A stretch of 64,000 nt of DNA. It comes from an uncultured archaeon. GTDB taxonomy: Archaea > Aenigmatarchaeota > Aenigmatarchaeia > CG10238-14 > SCSR01. Positions 27,940-38,144 of this stretch are shown piece by piece. Positions within the stretch are counted from its first letter, which is position 1. The number at the start of each line of letters is the position of its first letter. Below the pieces are notes generated by a model. The model saw nothing but the letters and a program-made list of their open reading frames with translations. It was not told the DNA's origin and did no database searches. The DNA is taken from NCBI GenBank assembly GCA_964601215.1, contig CAZRMN010000001.1, positions 334 through 64,333 on the forward strand, written 5' to 3'. A program made the translations under genes and the position numbers.

Positions 27940-29007
27940 ATGAGTAAAATAGAAAATTATCTTTTACTCATGTTTTCTATGAAAGGTGTGGGTAAGAGAG
28001 TTGACTTAAAGCATGTAAAGGAAAAAATTTCTCGTGACATAAAAAAGATTTCAGAAAAAGAAACCAAGGAAATTCTTAGAAAGCTTATAACTCAAGGTCT
28101 ACTAGAGGAAGTTAACGGCTTGTATGGAATTACCAAAAAAGGAAAGGAATATTTTGCTAAAAGGATAAAAACAGTAGAAGAAGAGTTGAAAAAAATAAAT
28201 CGAGCATGGGTTATTGTTTACAAAGCTAAACAGTATTATCCTGTAGTAGCAAAAACAGTTTTTGAATTTTGCAAGGATAGATACGTAGGTTTTTACTGCT
28301 TGTTTACTGAAAAAAGATTTTTTAGAAGGGATTTTAGAGGCAAAAAAATAGTTTTGAATTCGATAAAAGACTTGTTATTCTTTATCAACATCCATTGTAT
28401 AGATGTAATTCCTTGCGTACATAGGATAGGAAAGGAAAGACCGGACTGGCTAGTTTTAGATATAGACCCAGGACCAAAAGTAGAGTTTGAAAAAACAAAA
28501 GAAGTTACAAGAATAGCTTTTAAAATATTTGAAAAACTTAAACTAAACCCTGCTCTTAAATTTTCTGGCTCTAGAGGTTTTCAAATATGGTCTTTAATAA
28601 AAGATTTTGAAATTCCAGAAAATTACAAACCGATAGAATTAAAGGGGGGTAGAAAAAGAGAGAAGAACTATTTTACTCTTTTTTCAGATTTCGTAAGAGC
28701 AATTCAAAAAGAGGTAGATAAGAAAATTCCAGGTTTAACAACTTCTGAAACTCTAGGGAAAAAGGAGAGAGAAGATAAGATTCTTTTTGATCCTTCTACC
28801 ATGAAACCTTTAGGTTTGGTAAGATCGCCTTATGCTGTTCATTCCAAGACTGGTCTAGTTTCTCTACCTTTAAGCCTGAAGGATTTGAAAAAATTTAACC
28901 CAGAGGATGCAAGTATAGAAGAAACGATAAGAAGATATGAAAAAAAGGGGAATGAGTTCAATTTGAAAGAATCGAACCCGAACAAACTTCTTTCTCTTTT
29001 AACTTAA
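27940..29007 (+). CDS. wHTH fused to an AEP (LigD polymerase/primase-like) domain
   Basis: PDWLVLDIDP, KFSGSRGFQ, D...VRSPYAVHSKTG; N-terminal YGITKKGKE wHTH. Confidence 0.75.
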   Translation: MSKIENYLLLMFSMKGVGKRVDLKHVKEKISRDIKKISEKETKEILRKLITQGLLEEVNGLYGITKKGKEYFAKRIKTVEEELKKINRAWVIVYKAKQYYPVVAKTVFEFCKDRYVGFYCLFTEKRFFRRDFRGKKIVLNSIKDLLFFINIHCIDVIPCVHRIGKERPDWLVLDIDPGPKVEFEKTKEVTRIAFKIFEKLKLNPALKFSGSRGFQIWSLIKDFEIPENYKPIELKGGRKREKNYFTLFSDFVRAIQKEVDKKIPGLTTSETLGKKEREDKILFDPSTMKPLGLVRSPYAVHSKTGLVSLPLSLKDLKKFNPEDASIEETIRRYEKKGNEFNLKESNPNKLLSLLT

Positions 29008-29047
29008 CAAATACATATCTTAAAAATAAATAATAATATTAGAGAAA

Positions 29048-29338
29048 ATGCCTGTAAGTAAAGCTCCTTATAAGAGAACTTATGCCCACACCAAGTCAAG
29101 AGGAAGGGAAAGTGTAATTACTTGTGGGCTTTGTGGTAGAAAAGTCCCTAGATACAAGACTTTTGTTGTTACTAAAAGGTTTAGGATTACAGATCCGCTA
29201 ATAAGACAACAAGTTGACAAAAGGTTCATTCATCTTTTAAGTCAAAAAATTAGAGTTTGCCCAAAGTGTGCGAGATTTTTAGGTATTGCTCAGCCTGGCA
29301 AAAGCGTACGAAAAAAACACAGAAGGCTAGGAAAATGA
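29048..29338 (+). CDS. rps26e: Ribosomal protein S26e (eS26)
   Basis: RGRE..C-x2-CGR-x-VPR-x-K ... C-x2-CA pattern. Confidence 0.8.
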   Translation: MPVSKAPYKRTYAHTKSRGRESVITCGLCGRKVPRYKTFVVTKRFRITDPLIRQQVDKRFIHLLSQKIRVCPKCARFLGIAQPGKSVRKKHRRLGK

Positions 29339-31044
29339 TTGAAAAATTGAAAAAATATAAAGGTATTTTGTATAAAAAACTTTTTAAAGAAAAAGAGAAA
29401 GAATTAGAACTTCCTGGATTAGTCTTTAAAAGAAGTATTATCAAAGAACTTCCAGATATAAAAGATACAAAAAAAGTTAATATCACTTATCCTTTAATCG
29501 AACCTTTTGCTTATGCCCAAATTAAATGGGATGATAAAAGAGAAGAGCTAGTTTATAATGTTATCGAACCTAAGCTAAGCAAAAAAGAAAAGGATATTCT
29601 TAAAAAAATTTCAGATGCTTTAATAGAGTTAATTGAAGTTGAGCTGAGTGCGATAAAGGATAAGAAAAAAGCAATGGAATACTTAGAAATGCACATAAAA
29701 AAAATTAATAAAGAATTCGGTCTACGTTTGGATCAACTCACATACGTTAAACTTATGTATTACATTTACAGAAACTTCATAGGTTTTAACGAAATAGAGC
29801 CCTTACTCCAAGACCCTTATATTGAGGATATAAGTTGTGATGGAGTGAATACTCCGATTTACATAATCCATAGGAAGTTTGGCTCTTTAAGGACTAACAT
29901 AATTTATGAAAATGAGGGAGATTTGAAAGAATTCATAGTAAAACTAGCTGAAAGGTGTGGAAGATATGTAAGCTATGCTGAACCAATATTGGCTGGAACT
30001 CTTCCAGATGGTTCGAGAGTTTCTGCAACTCTTGCAGGAGATGTAGCTACCCGTGGTCCAGTTTTTACAATAAGAAAATTTACAGAAAAACCTATTTCGC
30101 CAATAGAGCAAATAGAATTGGGAACAGCTTCTGCAGAGCTTTTAGCATACTTGTGGTATTTGATCGAACATAGAAGATCCATACTAATAGTTGGTGGTGT
30201 AGCAACAGGCAAAACTTCTTTTCTTAATACTTTGTGTATGTTCATCCCACCAGAAGCAAAAATAGTTTCCATAGAAGATACAAGGGAAATTAGAATTCCT
30301 CATGAGCACTGGATTCCTGTTCTAGCAAGGACTGGTTTTGGAATTCCCACACCTACAGGAATTAAATATGGTGCAGTAACTCTTTTTGATTTACTAAAAG
30401 AAAGTTTTAGGCAAAACCCTGATTATGTGATAGTTGGAGAAACGAGAGGGCCAGAAGCTTATGTAATGTTCCAGGGAATGTCTTCAGGGCATCCTTCCTT
30501 AAGTACTTTTCACGCTGGAAGTGTTGATACAGTAATCAAAAGATTAACTACTCCTCCAATCCAACTTTCCCCAACTCTCATAGAAGCTTTAGATGTAATA
30601 ATCATAATGGTTCATGCAAAAGAAAAGGGAAAATCCGCAAGAAGAATTAGAGAAGTTGTGGAAATAGAATCTGTAGATCCAAAAACTGGGGAAGTAAAAA
30701 CAAACTTAGTTTTTAGGTGGAATCCAGCTGCTGACACTTATGAAAAAGTTTACAATAGTATAAAAGTAAAAAAAATTATTGAAGAAAGAGGCGGAAATTT
30801 AGAGGATGCTCTTGCAGAAATAGAAAAGAGAAAAAGACTTTTGGAACTTATGAGAAAAAAAGGAATAAAAGATTTCTTAGAAGTTACAAGGATTATAAGT
30901 TTGTATTATAAAGAAGGGGAGAAAGTTTTTGAAAGGCTTTTAGGAAAAGAAGTGTCTCAACCAATAAAAATTAGAAAGAATATAAGAAAAAAGTTTGTGC
31001 CATTCTTACAACTTTTGGGTTTTAAGTTTTTAAGGGAAGGTTAA
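29335..31044 (+). CDS. Second type IV pilus / T2SS assembly ATPase
   Basis: IEDISCDG, GGVATGKT, IEDTRE, RQNPDYVIVGETRG; ATG at 29335 overlaps the S26e stop. Confidence 0.92.
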   Translation: MIEKLKKYKGILYKKLFKEKEKELELPGLVFKRSIIKELPDIKDTKKVNITYPLIEPFAYAQIKWDDKREELVYNVIEPKLSKKEKDILKKISDALIELIEVELSAIKDKKKAMEYLEMHIKKINKEFGLRLDQLTYVKLMYYIYRNFIGFNEIEPLLQDPYIEDISCDGVNTPIYIIHRKFGSLRTNIIYENEGDLKEFIVKLAERCGRYVSYAEPILAGTLPDGSRVSATLAGDVATRGPVFTIRKFTEKPISPIEQIELGTASAELLAYLWYLIEHRRSILIVGGVATGKTSFLNTLCMFIPPEAKIVSIEDTREIRIPHEHWIPVLARTGFGIPTPTGIKYGAVTLFDLLKESFRQNPDYVIVGETRGPEAYVMFQGMSSGHPSLSTFHAGSVDTVIKRLTTPPIQLSPTLIEALDVIIIMVHAKEKGKSARRIREVVEIESVDPKTGEVKTNLVFRWNPAADTYEKVYNSIKVKKIIEERGGNLEDALAEIEKRKRLLELMRKKGIKDFLEVTRIISLYYKEGEKVFERLLGKEVSQPIKIRKNIRKKFVPFLQLLGFKFLREG

Positions 31045-31920
31045 ATGCTAACCTACAAAGGATTAGCAACATATTTGTTTGGAGGAATTGTAGACAGATA
31101 TGGGAGTGCATTCTCTTTTGTAAAGGAGAGTCTACCAAAAGCAGGAATGAAAATTCCTTTTAGAAGTTATATGAGCATGGTTTTTTTCACTTCTGTAATA
31201 GTTTACTTTTTAGGTTTGGGAATAGTTTATTACATTTTTTTAAATATTATCCCAGTTTCTCTTGTCTTGTTTTTAATCTATTTAATTTTCATTCCAACTC
31301 TTATTTCCATGACTGTATTTTTTTCTCTCTGTTTTATTCCTTATCAAAGAAAAATAAGTAAGAAGCGTGATATAGAAACAAACTTACCTTTTGTTTTAAC
31401 TCACATGGGAGCTATAGCCGAATCGGGTGTGCCTCCAACAGTAATATTTAGAGTTATTAGTCAGTTTAAAGAATACGGAGAAATTTCAAAGGAAATGAAA
31501 AAAATAGTGAATTATATAGATGGATTTGGAATAGATCCTGTGACTGCTGTGAAAGAGGTTGCTAAAAGAACTCCTTCAGATGAATTCAGACAAGTTCTTT
31601 TAGGTTTTATCACTACAACAGAATCTGGTGGTGATATAACCGCTTACTTGAAAAATGCAGGAGAAAGAGCTTTGTTCGAATGGCGAATGAAAAGACAAAA
31701 ATTCTTACAACAACTTACTACTTATGCTGAGTTTTATACAGGTCTACTAATTGCTGCACCACTTTTTATCATAACTTTGTTTGCCGTCATGAATCTTGTT
31801 TCTGGAGCTATGCCAGGTTATAATTTACTTGAGCTCATGAAACTTAGCATTTATTTAGTAATACCTATCCTTAACATAGGATTCATCTTTCTTTTAAGAG
31901 GAGTTGAGGTTGAAATATGA
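31045..31920 (+). CDS. T2SSF/Tad platform protein
   Basis: LPFVLTHM..ESG, EYGEISKE, TPS; TM helices. Confidence 0.88.
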   Translation: MLTYKGLATYLFGGIVDRYGSAFSFVKESLPKAGMKIPFRSYMSMVFFTSVIVYFLGLGIVYYIFLNIIPVSLVLFLIYLIFIPTLISMTVFFSLCFIPYQRKISKKRDIETNLPFVLTHMGAIAESGVPPTVIFRVISQFKEYGEISKEMKKIVNYIDGFGIDPVTAVKEVAKRTPSDEFRQVLLGFITTTESGGDITAYLKNAGERALFEWRMKRQKFLQQLTTYAEFYTGLLIAAPLFIITLFAVMNLVSGAMPGYNLLELMKLSIYLVIPILNIGFIFLLRGVEVEI

Positions 31921-32738
31921 ATACTAAATATATCCTGATATTAATTACTGGGATTTGTCTCGCAAGTATAATCATTTACATAAATTTTATGCTATTTTTT
32001 GAAGAAAAAAACATATTCACTCTTTTAAACGTTATTGCTGCTTTATTAATTCTTTTGCCAATAATCTTAGAAAGATATCAAGAGTATAGAAGAGTTAAGG
32101 AAATAGAGGAAATGTTTCCTGTTTTTCTCAGAGATTTAGTAGAGAATGTAAGGAGTGGAATGAGCATACCTCAAGCCTTTAAGTCTGTTTCTTCAAACGA
32201 TTACAAAATCTTAAGTGTTTACGTTAAAAAGATGGCTGCGCAGATGGACTGGGGAATAAGTGCTGAAAAAGTATTACTCAAATTTGCAAAAGAGAGTAAA
32301 TCCAAACTTATAGGGAGGATAATCTCTTCTGTTATAGAAAGTCATAGGTTCGGTGGAAATCTTACAGACACTTTAGAAGCTCTAGGTAAAACTGCAATTG
32401 AGGTAGAAAAGCTAAGAGCAGAAAGAAAACTTTACTTACAGTCACAGCTTACTACTGGTTACATAATCTATTTTGTTTTTTTAGTAGTACTGATAGTTCT
32501 TGAAAAGTTTTTAATTCCTAGTTTTGCACAAGCTGGAAGTGAAATAAAAGGACTTCAAATTTCTAAAGCTGAAGTTATCGAAGAATATAAAAATATTTTC
32601 AGGAATTTAATAATCATCCAAGGCTTTTTTGCTGGTTTAACTGTTGGTAAAATGTCAGAAGGTGCTGTAGTCGCTGGAATTAAACATAGTATTTTCATGA
32701 TAATAGTAGGACTTTTAATTTACTCAGTATTCACTTAA
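31917..32738 (+). CDS. T2SSF/Tad platform protein
   Basis: FP-x-FLRDL..RSG, GGNL, GKMSEG..GIKH. Confidence 0.88.
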   Translation: MNTKYILILITGICLASIIIYINFMLFFEEKNIFTLLNVIAALLILLPIILERYQEYRRVKEIEEMFPVFLRDLVENVRSGMSIPQAFKSVSSNDYKILSVYVKKMAAQMDWGISAEKVLLKFAKESKSKLIGRIISSVIESHRFGGNLTDTLEALGKTAIEVEKLRAERKLYLQSQLTTGYIIYFVFLVVLIVLEKFLIPSFAQAGSEIKGLQISKAEVIEEYKNIFRNLIIIQGFFAGLTVGKMSEGAVVAGIKHSIFMIIVGLLIYSVFT

Positions 32739-33208
32739 AGAACTTCGCTTGCTTGAACCTCATCATAAATTCCGTAGGCTGAACAATTAGTAGTAACTCT
32801 TATTACATCATAGTTACTAGAAATCGAAACGTTGAAAAAATATATTTCTCTTGGTTTTATAGTTAAGTTTGAAGACGTGCAAGGGACTACAGAATTGTCA
32901 ACTAAACATAAATTTATTTTGTGGGTCGAAAAGTTTGTATAAACAATTTGTAAAGAAATATCTCCTAATGGTATCCATCTATTATTTTCAATTCTTCCAG
33001 AAAGATGGTAAGTTGAAGAATTGTAAACAAGATTAGAAAGAGAAATTCCTCCTCTTGAACATTCTAACTGTTTTAAAGCTTCCTGCTCCACACTTTCGGA
33101 AGTTGTAGTAGTAAAACTCGTAAGCCATAAACTAAGAATTGTAGCAACAGTTATAGTAAAGGCTATCAATAATACAGTAGCAATTAAGGGAGATATACCT
33201 TTTTTCAT
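32735..33208 (-). CDS. Archaeal type IV pilin
   Basis: MKKG|ISPLIATVLLIAFT; start placed at 33208. Confidence 0.88.
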   Translation of the reverse strand: MKKGISPLIATVLLIAFTITVATILSLWLTSFTTTTSESVEQEALKQLECSRGGISLSNLVYNSSTYHLSGRIENNRWIPLGDISLQIVYTNFSTHKINLCLVDNSVVPCTSSNLTIKPREIYFFNVSISSNYDVIRVTTNCSAYGIYDEVQASEVL

Positions 33209-33633
33209 TGACATGGTGATTCTTTCGTTACAGTTGGACAATGAGTAGTAACGGCAATCTTGTTATATGGCCATGGAACGTTATTTACTGTAAACCCTCT
33301 GTAAGTGTTTGGGGGTAATTTCTGATTCAACGGAAAAGATTCAACATTAGGACCTCCGGTGAAAACATAAACCGTTAGGTTCTTCAATTCAACAGACATC
33401 TTATTATATAAGATCAAACTGATGTTCGCTAGATTAGTTGTGTTTGAAACCACACCACAGGAGTATATATCAAAATCTGCAGCTAAGCACTCTCCGTAAG
33501 TTTCGTTTGGAGTTTCTGGCAAGGAAACTTTTACGAATTGAGATGCCCAATAAGTCAGAACTGTTGCTATAGCCATAGTTGCTGCTATCAGTAGAACCGC
33601 TGCCACTAATGGAGAAATACCTTTTTTTGCCAT
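33205..33633 (-). CDS. Archaeal type IV pilin
   Basis: MAKKG|ISPLVAAVLLIA; start placed at 33633. Confidence 0.88.
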   Translation of the reverse strand: MAKKGISPLVAAVLLIAATMAIATVLTYWASQFVKVSLPETPNETYGECLAADFDIYSCGVVSNTTNLANISLILYNKMSVELKNLTVYVFTGGPNVESFPLNQKLPPNTYRGFTVNNVPWPYNKIAVTTHCPTVTKESPCQ

Positions 33634-33689
33634 AATAAAATTTTCTTTCTCTGTTAATAAATATTTACTCACTAAACAGAATTTAAATT

Positions 33690-34277
33690 GTGAGAAAGGC
33701 ACAGGCTCAATTAGTTGGATATTTAATCACTATTTTACTTGGAATAGTTCTTTTAGTGAGTACTATAGCTATAGTAGTTTATTTTTATGAAGTTTCACTT
33801 AGAGACGAAATAAGAAAAGAATTAAGAGAACTAACCCTTCAAACTTTTGATTCTATTTTAAAACTTTATGAGATAGGTAAAAATTCTAATGTAAACCCAA
33901 ATAATTACTCAAGTATATTAATCGCTGAATCATATTTAATCCTACCTTCAAGTGTTTCTAACAGAAATTATGAGATTATTTTAGTTTCTCCAGGCTTGCA
34001 TTGGCAAACTCTCTCGAATTTTTCTGTTAATGGAAAAAATACAAGCTTTGTAGAAGAAACTCAGGTAGCAAAAATAATAGCCAGAACCACTCAAGACCCT
34101 TTAGAAATTGTGGAAAAAGAATTACCAAACATTAACATAGAACTACAAGGAAAATGTGAAAATGGAAAAGAAGCAAAACTTAGGTACTATAGGTATAATG
34201 TTAATGGAAGTGTATATGATAAAATTACTTTAGGAAAAGCTGAGATTTTAATTGATATAGAAAATATAAGCTGGTGA
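33690..34277 (+). CDS. Minor pilin-like protein
   Basis: RKA|QAQ plus hydrophobic helix. Confidence 0.65.
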   Translation: MRKAQAQLVGYLITILLGIVLLVSTIAIVVYFYEVSLRDEIRKELRELTLQTFDSILKLYEIGKNSNVNPNNYSSILIAESYLILPSSVSNRNYEIILVSPGLHWQTLSNFSVNGKNTSFVEETQVAKIIARTTQDPLEIVEKELPNINIELQGKCENGKEAKLRYYRYNVNGSVYDKITLGKAEILIDIENISW

Positions 34278-34278
34278 T

Positions 34279-35106
34279 ATGCCTTCCCAAATAGATTTTG
34301 CAATTGCAGCAGGAATTTTTATTGTTTTTCTTGTTATTTTGATTTCTTATTTGTTAAACTATTTGGGAAATTATTCAAGTGTGCTAACAAGCTCTGAGTT
34401 AAGAACAACAGCTTATAATATTTTTAATATTTTGTTTGGAACAAAAGGAGTACCAGAAAACTGGGAAGAAAAAAATTACACTCCTGTGCAAGTTGGATTG
34501 GTTACTGATCTAATTAAAGTTCCAATAGTAGTAAAAGAAATCTATGGAAAAAATTTTACAAATTTTTTGGTAAGTGTAGAAAATTTAAAGCTTGATACTC
34601 ACTTATGGAATTCCACTATTAGAGTTTATGATGAAGATGGAAATGAAGTAAAGTATGATTTTGATGAAATTTATTACGACTCTTTTGGTTTTGTTAAAGA
34701 GCTAAGCATTTCTTTTTTAACAAATTTAACCGCTTACCAAGAAAAAAAGTTTTATATTTATGGGTCAAGGGATAAGGCTATAGTTTTTAAGAATTATACA
34801 CTCAATGAATGGTGGAATTCTTCTTATGAGTATAGAAAACCTATAGTTTTAGTTGAGATGTTAGGTCAAGTTAGAAATAATGAGTTGACTAGTAAGCATA
34901 TAATTTTTGACAAAAATTGCGAACATAAAATTATAAATTCTAGTTTAAGGGTTGTAGATGATAACGGTCAAAGCATAAGTTTTTTCATTTCTAATGCAAC
35001 TTATTGTGCTGAAAATCAGTTAAAAGAAGCTGACATTTGGTTTAACGTTAGCATTTCTGCTAATACTCATACTGTTTATTGGGTTTATTTCAATACTTTA
35101 AAGTAA
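34279..35106 (+). CDS. Pilin-like protein with two DUF2341-like repeats
   Basis: N-terminal TM with GVPENW; repeated IRVYDEDG / LRVVDDNG and WWNSSYEYRKPI. Confidence 0.6.
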   Translation: MPSQIDFAIAAGIFIVFLVILISYLLNYLGNYSSVLTSSELRTTAYNIFNILFGTKGVPENWEEKNYTPVQVGLVTDLIKVPIVVKEIYGKNFTNFLVSVENLKLDTHLWNSTIRVYDEDGNEVKYDFDEIYYDSFGFVKELSISFLTNLTAYQEKKFYIYGSRDKAIVFKNYTLNEWWNSSYEYRKPIVLVEMLGQVRNNELTSKHIIFDKNCEHKIINSSLRVVDDNGQSISFFISNATYCAENQLKEADIWFNVSISANTHTVYWVYFNTLK

Positions 35107-35160
35107 ACCTTTTCATGATAATTACTCTCTAATTTTTCGAAATTCTACTAAGAAGTACAA

Positions 35161-36372
35161 TTAACCTTGAGCATGAGCTCTAATTTCTTCTTCTGTCAAA
35201 GCTCTGGAATAAATTCTTACTTCATCTATTAAACCTTTGAAATATCCGTCCCATCTTCCAATTTCCAAATCTCTTTCTGGCTCACTTATCGAACCTTTTA
35301 GAGTAGTAGTTCTTGCTTGTAAGGTTCCATTTATATACATTTTCATTACTCCATTACTATCTCTTGTAACAGCCAGATGAATCCATTTGTTTAGTTCAAC
35401 AGGAGAATCAGACCATATTATTCCTAGCCCTCCTCCTTCTGTTCTAAGCCATAAGTTCCATGTTCTTGAACCATTATTTATTCCTAACAAATAACCATTT
35501 GGCCAATATTTAGCTACAATTCCAGGATATTTTCCATTCCAGCCTAATGGATAAACCCAAGCTTCTATAGTTATTTCCCCGCTTATTGTTAAGCTTGAGG
35601 AATTAGGAACAAAAACATAGTCATCTACTCCATCAAAACTTAAACAAGAACCAGAAATACAATTTGTAGACCAAGTTGCTCCATAAATAGTTCCATCATT
35701 TCCTAAGCCTGAAGAATCATAAGCTATGTTACCAGAGCCTTCATCAAACTTCCAATAAGCATTGGCTTCAACACACTTTCTTTCTACACAATAGAAAGGC
35801 GAAGCACAAAGTTTATCTAAATACTGCGTCTCGTTTATGCAACACTCAAAAGGACATTCTACTTTTGGAACGCATTGCCTATTATCACAATAATAGTTTG
35901 GATCTTCGCAAGGCTTATCATAATACCTCTCTTCATTCATACAACATTCATAAATACAATCAAATTTAAGGTAAGGATCTAGTTTTATGTATAAAGTGTT
36001 ATTAAAAGAATCATAAAACCAAGTATTCTTTTTTAATTTTTCTAATGAAGAAACATTTCCAATTTCTGACCCGTTTAAATAAACCCTTAATGGTTTTCCT
36101 GTATGGACTTGAATAATTTCACCAGTTTTAATATCAGTAGCTAAAGAAATTCTATTTGGTTCAAAAGTAATTTCTTTAATCTTTTCGTATAGGTCTGTCA
36201 AAAGGTTCAGATTTGGAAATTTAACCCAAAACTCAAAAAAGTTAAACACAATATCATACAAACTTTTTTTCACATTTACTTCATAATTACCCTGAGTATC
36301 TGTTGAATTTATAGAAACTAAATTTCCATTTTGATAAACTTCTATGTTAGCTTGTATTAACATTACTTTCAT
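35161..36372 (-). CDS. Cys-rich repeat plus LamG domain protein (possibly the frameshifted C-terminus of the upstream gene)
   Basis: ECC repeats; AYWKFDEGSG...FDGVDDYV...IDEVRIYSRAL LamG signature; no signal peptide. Confidence 0.75.
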   Translation of the reverse strand: MKVMLIQANIEVYQNGNLVSINSTDTQGNYEVNVKKSLYDIVFNFFEFWVKFPNLNLLTDLYEKIKEITFEPNRISLATDIKTGEIIQVHTGKPLRVYLNGSEIGNVSSLEKLKKNTWFYDSFNNTLYIKLDPYLKFDCIYECCMNEERYYDKPCEDPNYYCDNRQCVPKVECPFECCINETQYLDKLCASPFYCVERKCVEANAYWKFDEGSGNIAYDSSGLGNDGTIYGATWSTNCISGSCLSFDGVDDYVFVPNSSSLTISGEITIEAWVYPLGWNGKYPGIVAKYWPNGYLLGINNGSRTWNLWLRTEGGGLGIIWSDSPVELNKWIHLAVTRDSNGVMKMYINGTLQARTTTLKGSISEPERDLEIGRWDGYFKGLIDEVRIYSRALTEEEIRAHAQG

Positions 36373-38080
36373 TCTTTAATCTTCCATAAATTTTTACTTT
36401 TTCTGATTCTATAATAACATCAAAGTTATTAACACTTTGAGAATAAGTAATTGGGGTTGATTTAGTTCTATAACCAAATTTTCTCACTACTAAATCACAA
36501 GAACCTGTGAACGGTAAACTTATGATATAATTTCCATCTTCATCACTAACATTTCCATAATTGTTACAAGAAACTATCGCTCCTTGTACTGGCATATAAT
36601 CACTACCGTGAAGTTCTTTTATTTTGCCAGTTATTTTAATTGGAAGGTTTCCTCCATAAGTAGTAAAATTATAGACTTTGCTAGTAACTATACCAGAATC
36701 ATCTTGACTCTGAACTCTAAAATAGTAAGTCTTTCCTGGCTGCAAATTTTTTAAAGTTATTGCATGAGTGTATACTTTTGAGTTATTTTGAACAATAAAT
36801 CCAGGTATATGTTTAATTTCCCAATAAGGAAAACCGTCTCCCCATGAACCACTTGTTAAGTTTGAGATGAATAAAGACGAAGAATTATACTCTACTTTAC
36901 TTGTAGTTGGTTTATCTGTAATCCAAGTAATAATAGCTTCTGAAGAATATGGAAAAACACTTACATCTCCTAAAGAAAAAGTTTCTGGGAGTTCTATAAG
37001 TCGGAAATAAGATCTTATGTCAGGATGATCCTCAGGACTTCCTGGTCCACCATATACCCAAATGATCCATCCGTCACATCCAACTTCTCTACATGCTTCA
37101 ATTTTAGCTTTTAATTGTTCTGGAGTTGTTGGGCTTACATCTTTAGAGGTCCATTTGACTATTGGAATTTTTCCTTCGGGTCCATCAACAAAAAATTTAG
37201 AGCTATTGGTAAAATATTGAGTATACGCGTTAACATCGTTTGTATAACCCATGGGAGCAACGAAATCTAAAAGACCTTTTCTTACCCAATTTGCAGTATC
37301 CTGTCCTATATCATATCGCCAATACGCATAAGCGTTTTGTGAAAAAATCGTAAAAACTGCGGCTGAAAATTCTAAATCTGGGTTAATTGCTAACATCCAT
37401 TTTCTTACATCTTCTACCATTTTAGTTATAGGAGTAACTCTCCATTCCATCCATTGTCTATGATATTTGCCTCCAGGGCATACATCAGTTGGCCAATTCT
37501 CAACTTTTATACCAGTATCATTTTCGAACCATTCCTTACAATAAGCGGAATAGGATTCTTGAGAGGAGTATCCAGTTTCATCATATCTTATATAATCAAA
37601 CATGAATCCGTCTATATCATAGGTTGCTAATTCTGTCGTTAAATTTTTTATTAATTCTCTTACTTTTGGATGACAAGGGTCTGCCCAATTAACTGTTTCA
37701 TTATTACAGTTCACGACTTTCCATTCTTCAGGAATCGGTTCATTTTTTGGAAAACCAGACCATATAAAAAACATAAGCATCAGAGCATGAACTTCTATTC
37801 CTTTAGAGTGAGCTGCTTGAATTGCAAGTGCTAGATCGTCTTGAGATGACTTATGAGGAACATATTTACTCGGATAAAGAGCACCGTAAAGCCATGTAGA
37901 ACCAATAACTATTGTGTTAATATTATAATCTTTAGCCAAGTTAGTTACAGTTTCCCAGTCTACATTTCCACCTATCAGAAAACCTCTTATTTCACTTCTA
38001 TTAGCTATAGCTCCTGCAAGCTTGATAAATAAAGGTGAAATTAATAAGAATCCTAAAAATAGTGCTAAAAGATTCCTCAT
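36347..38080 (-). CDS. Secreted glycoside hydrolase-like (GHL10/DUF187) protein with FN3-like and carboxypeptidase-regulatory-like domains
   Basis: Signal peptide; AH-x-x-GIEVHA, YDIDG-x-x-FDYIRY, DFVAPM-x-Y; LQPGKTYYFRV. Confidence 0.75.
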   Translation of the reverse strand: MRNLLALFLGFLLISPLFIKLAGAIANRSEIRGFLIGGNVDWETVTNLAKDYNINTIVIGSTWLYGALYPSKYVPHKSSQDDLALAIQAAHSKGIEVHALMLMFFIWSGFPKNEPIPEEWKVVNCNNETVNWADPCHPKVRELIKNLTTELATYDIDGFMFDYIRYDETGYSSQESYSAYCKEWFENDTGIKVENWPTDVCPGGKYHRQWMEWRVTPITKMVEDVRKWMLAINPDLEFSAAVFTIFSQNAYAYWRYDIGQDTANWVRKGLLDFVAPMGYTNDVNAYTQYFTNSSKFFVDGPEGKIPIVKWTSKDVSPTTPEQLKAKIEACREVGCDGWIIWVYGGPGSPEDHPDIRSYFRLIELPETFSLGDVSVFPYSSEAIITWITDKPTTSKVEYNSSSLFISNLTSGSWGDGFPYWEIKHIPGFIVQNNSKVYTHAITLKNLQPGKTYYFRVQSQDDSGIVTSKVYNFTTYGGNLPIKITGKIKELHGSDYMPVQGAIVSCNNYGNVSDEDGNYIISLPFTGSCDLVVRKFGYRTKSTPITYSQSVNNFDVIIESEKVKIYGRLKNESNVNTS

Positions 38081-38144
38081 GAATTAATGTTGGGTTTTAA
38101 AATAATTATTTGTATGTTATCAAGCTTAATTATATAGGGGAAAA

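Noticed and set aside
29257..29334. Extended N-terminus of the ATPase in the ORF track
   Set aside because: It overlaps S26e; the ATG at 29335 coupled to the S26e stop is more plausible.
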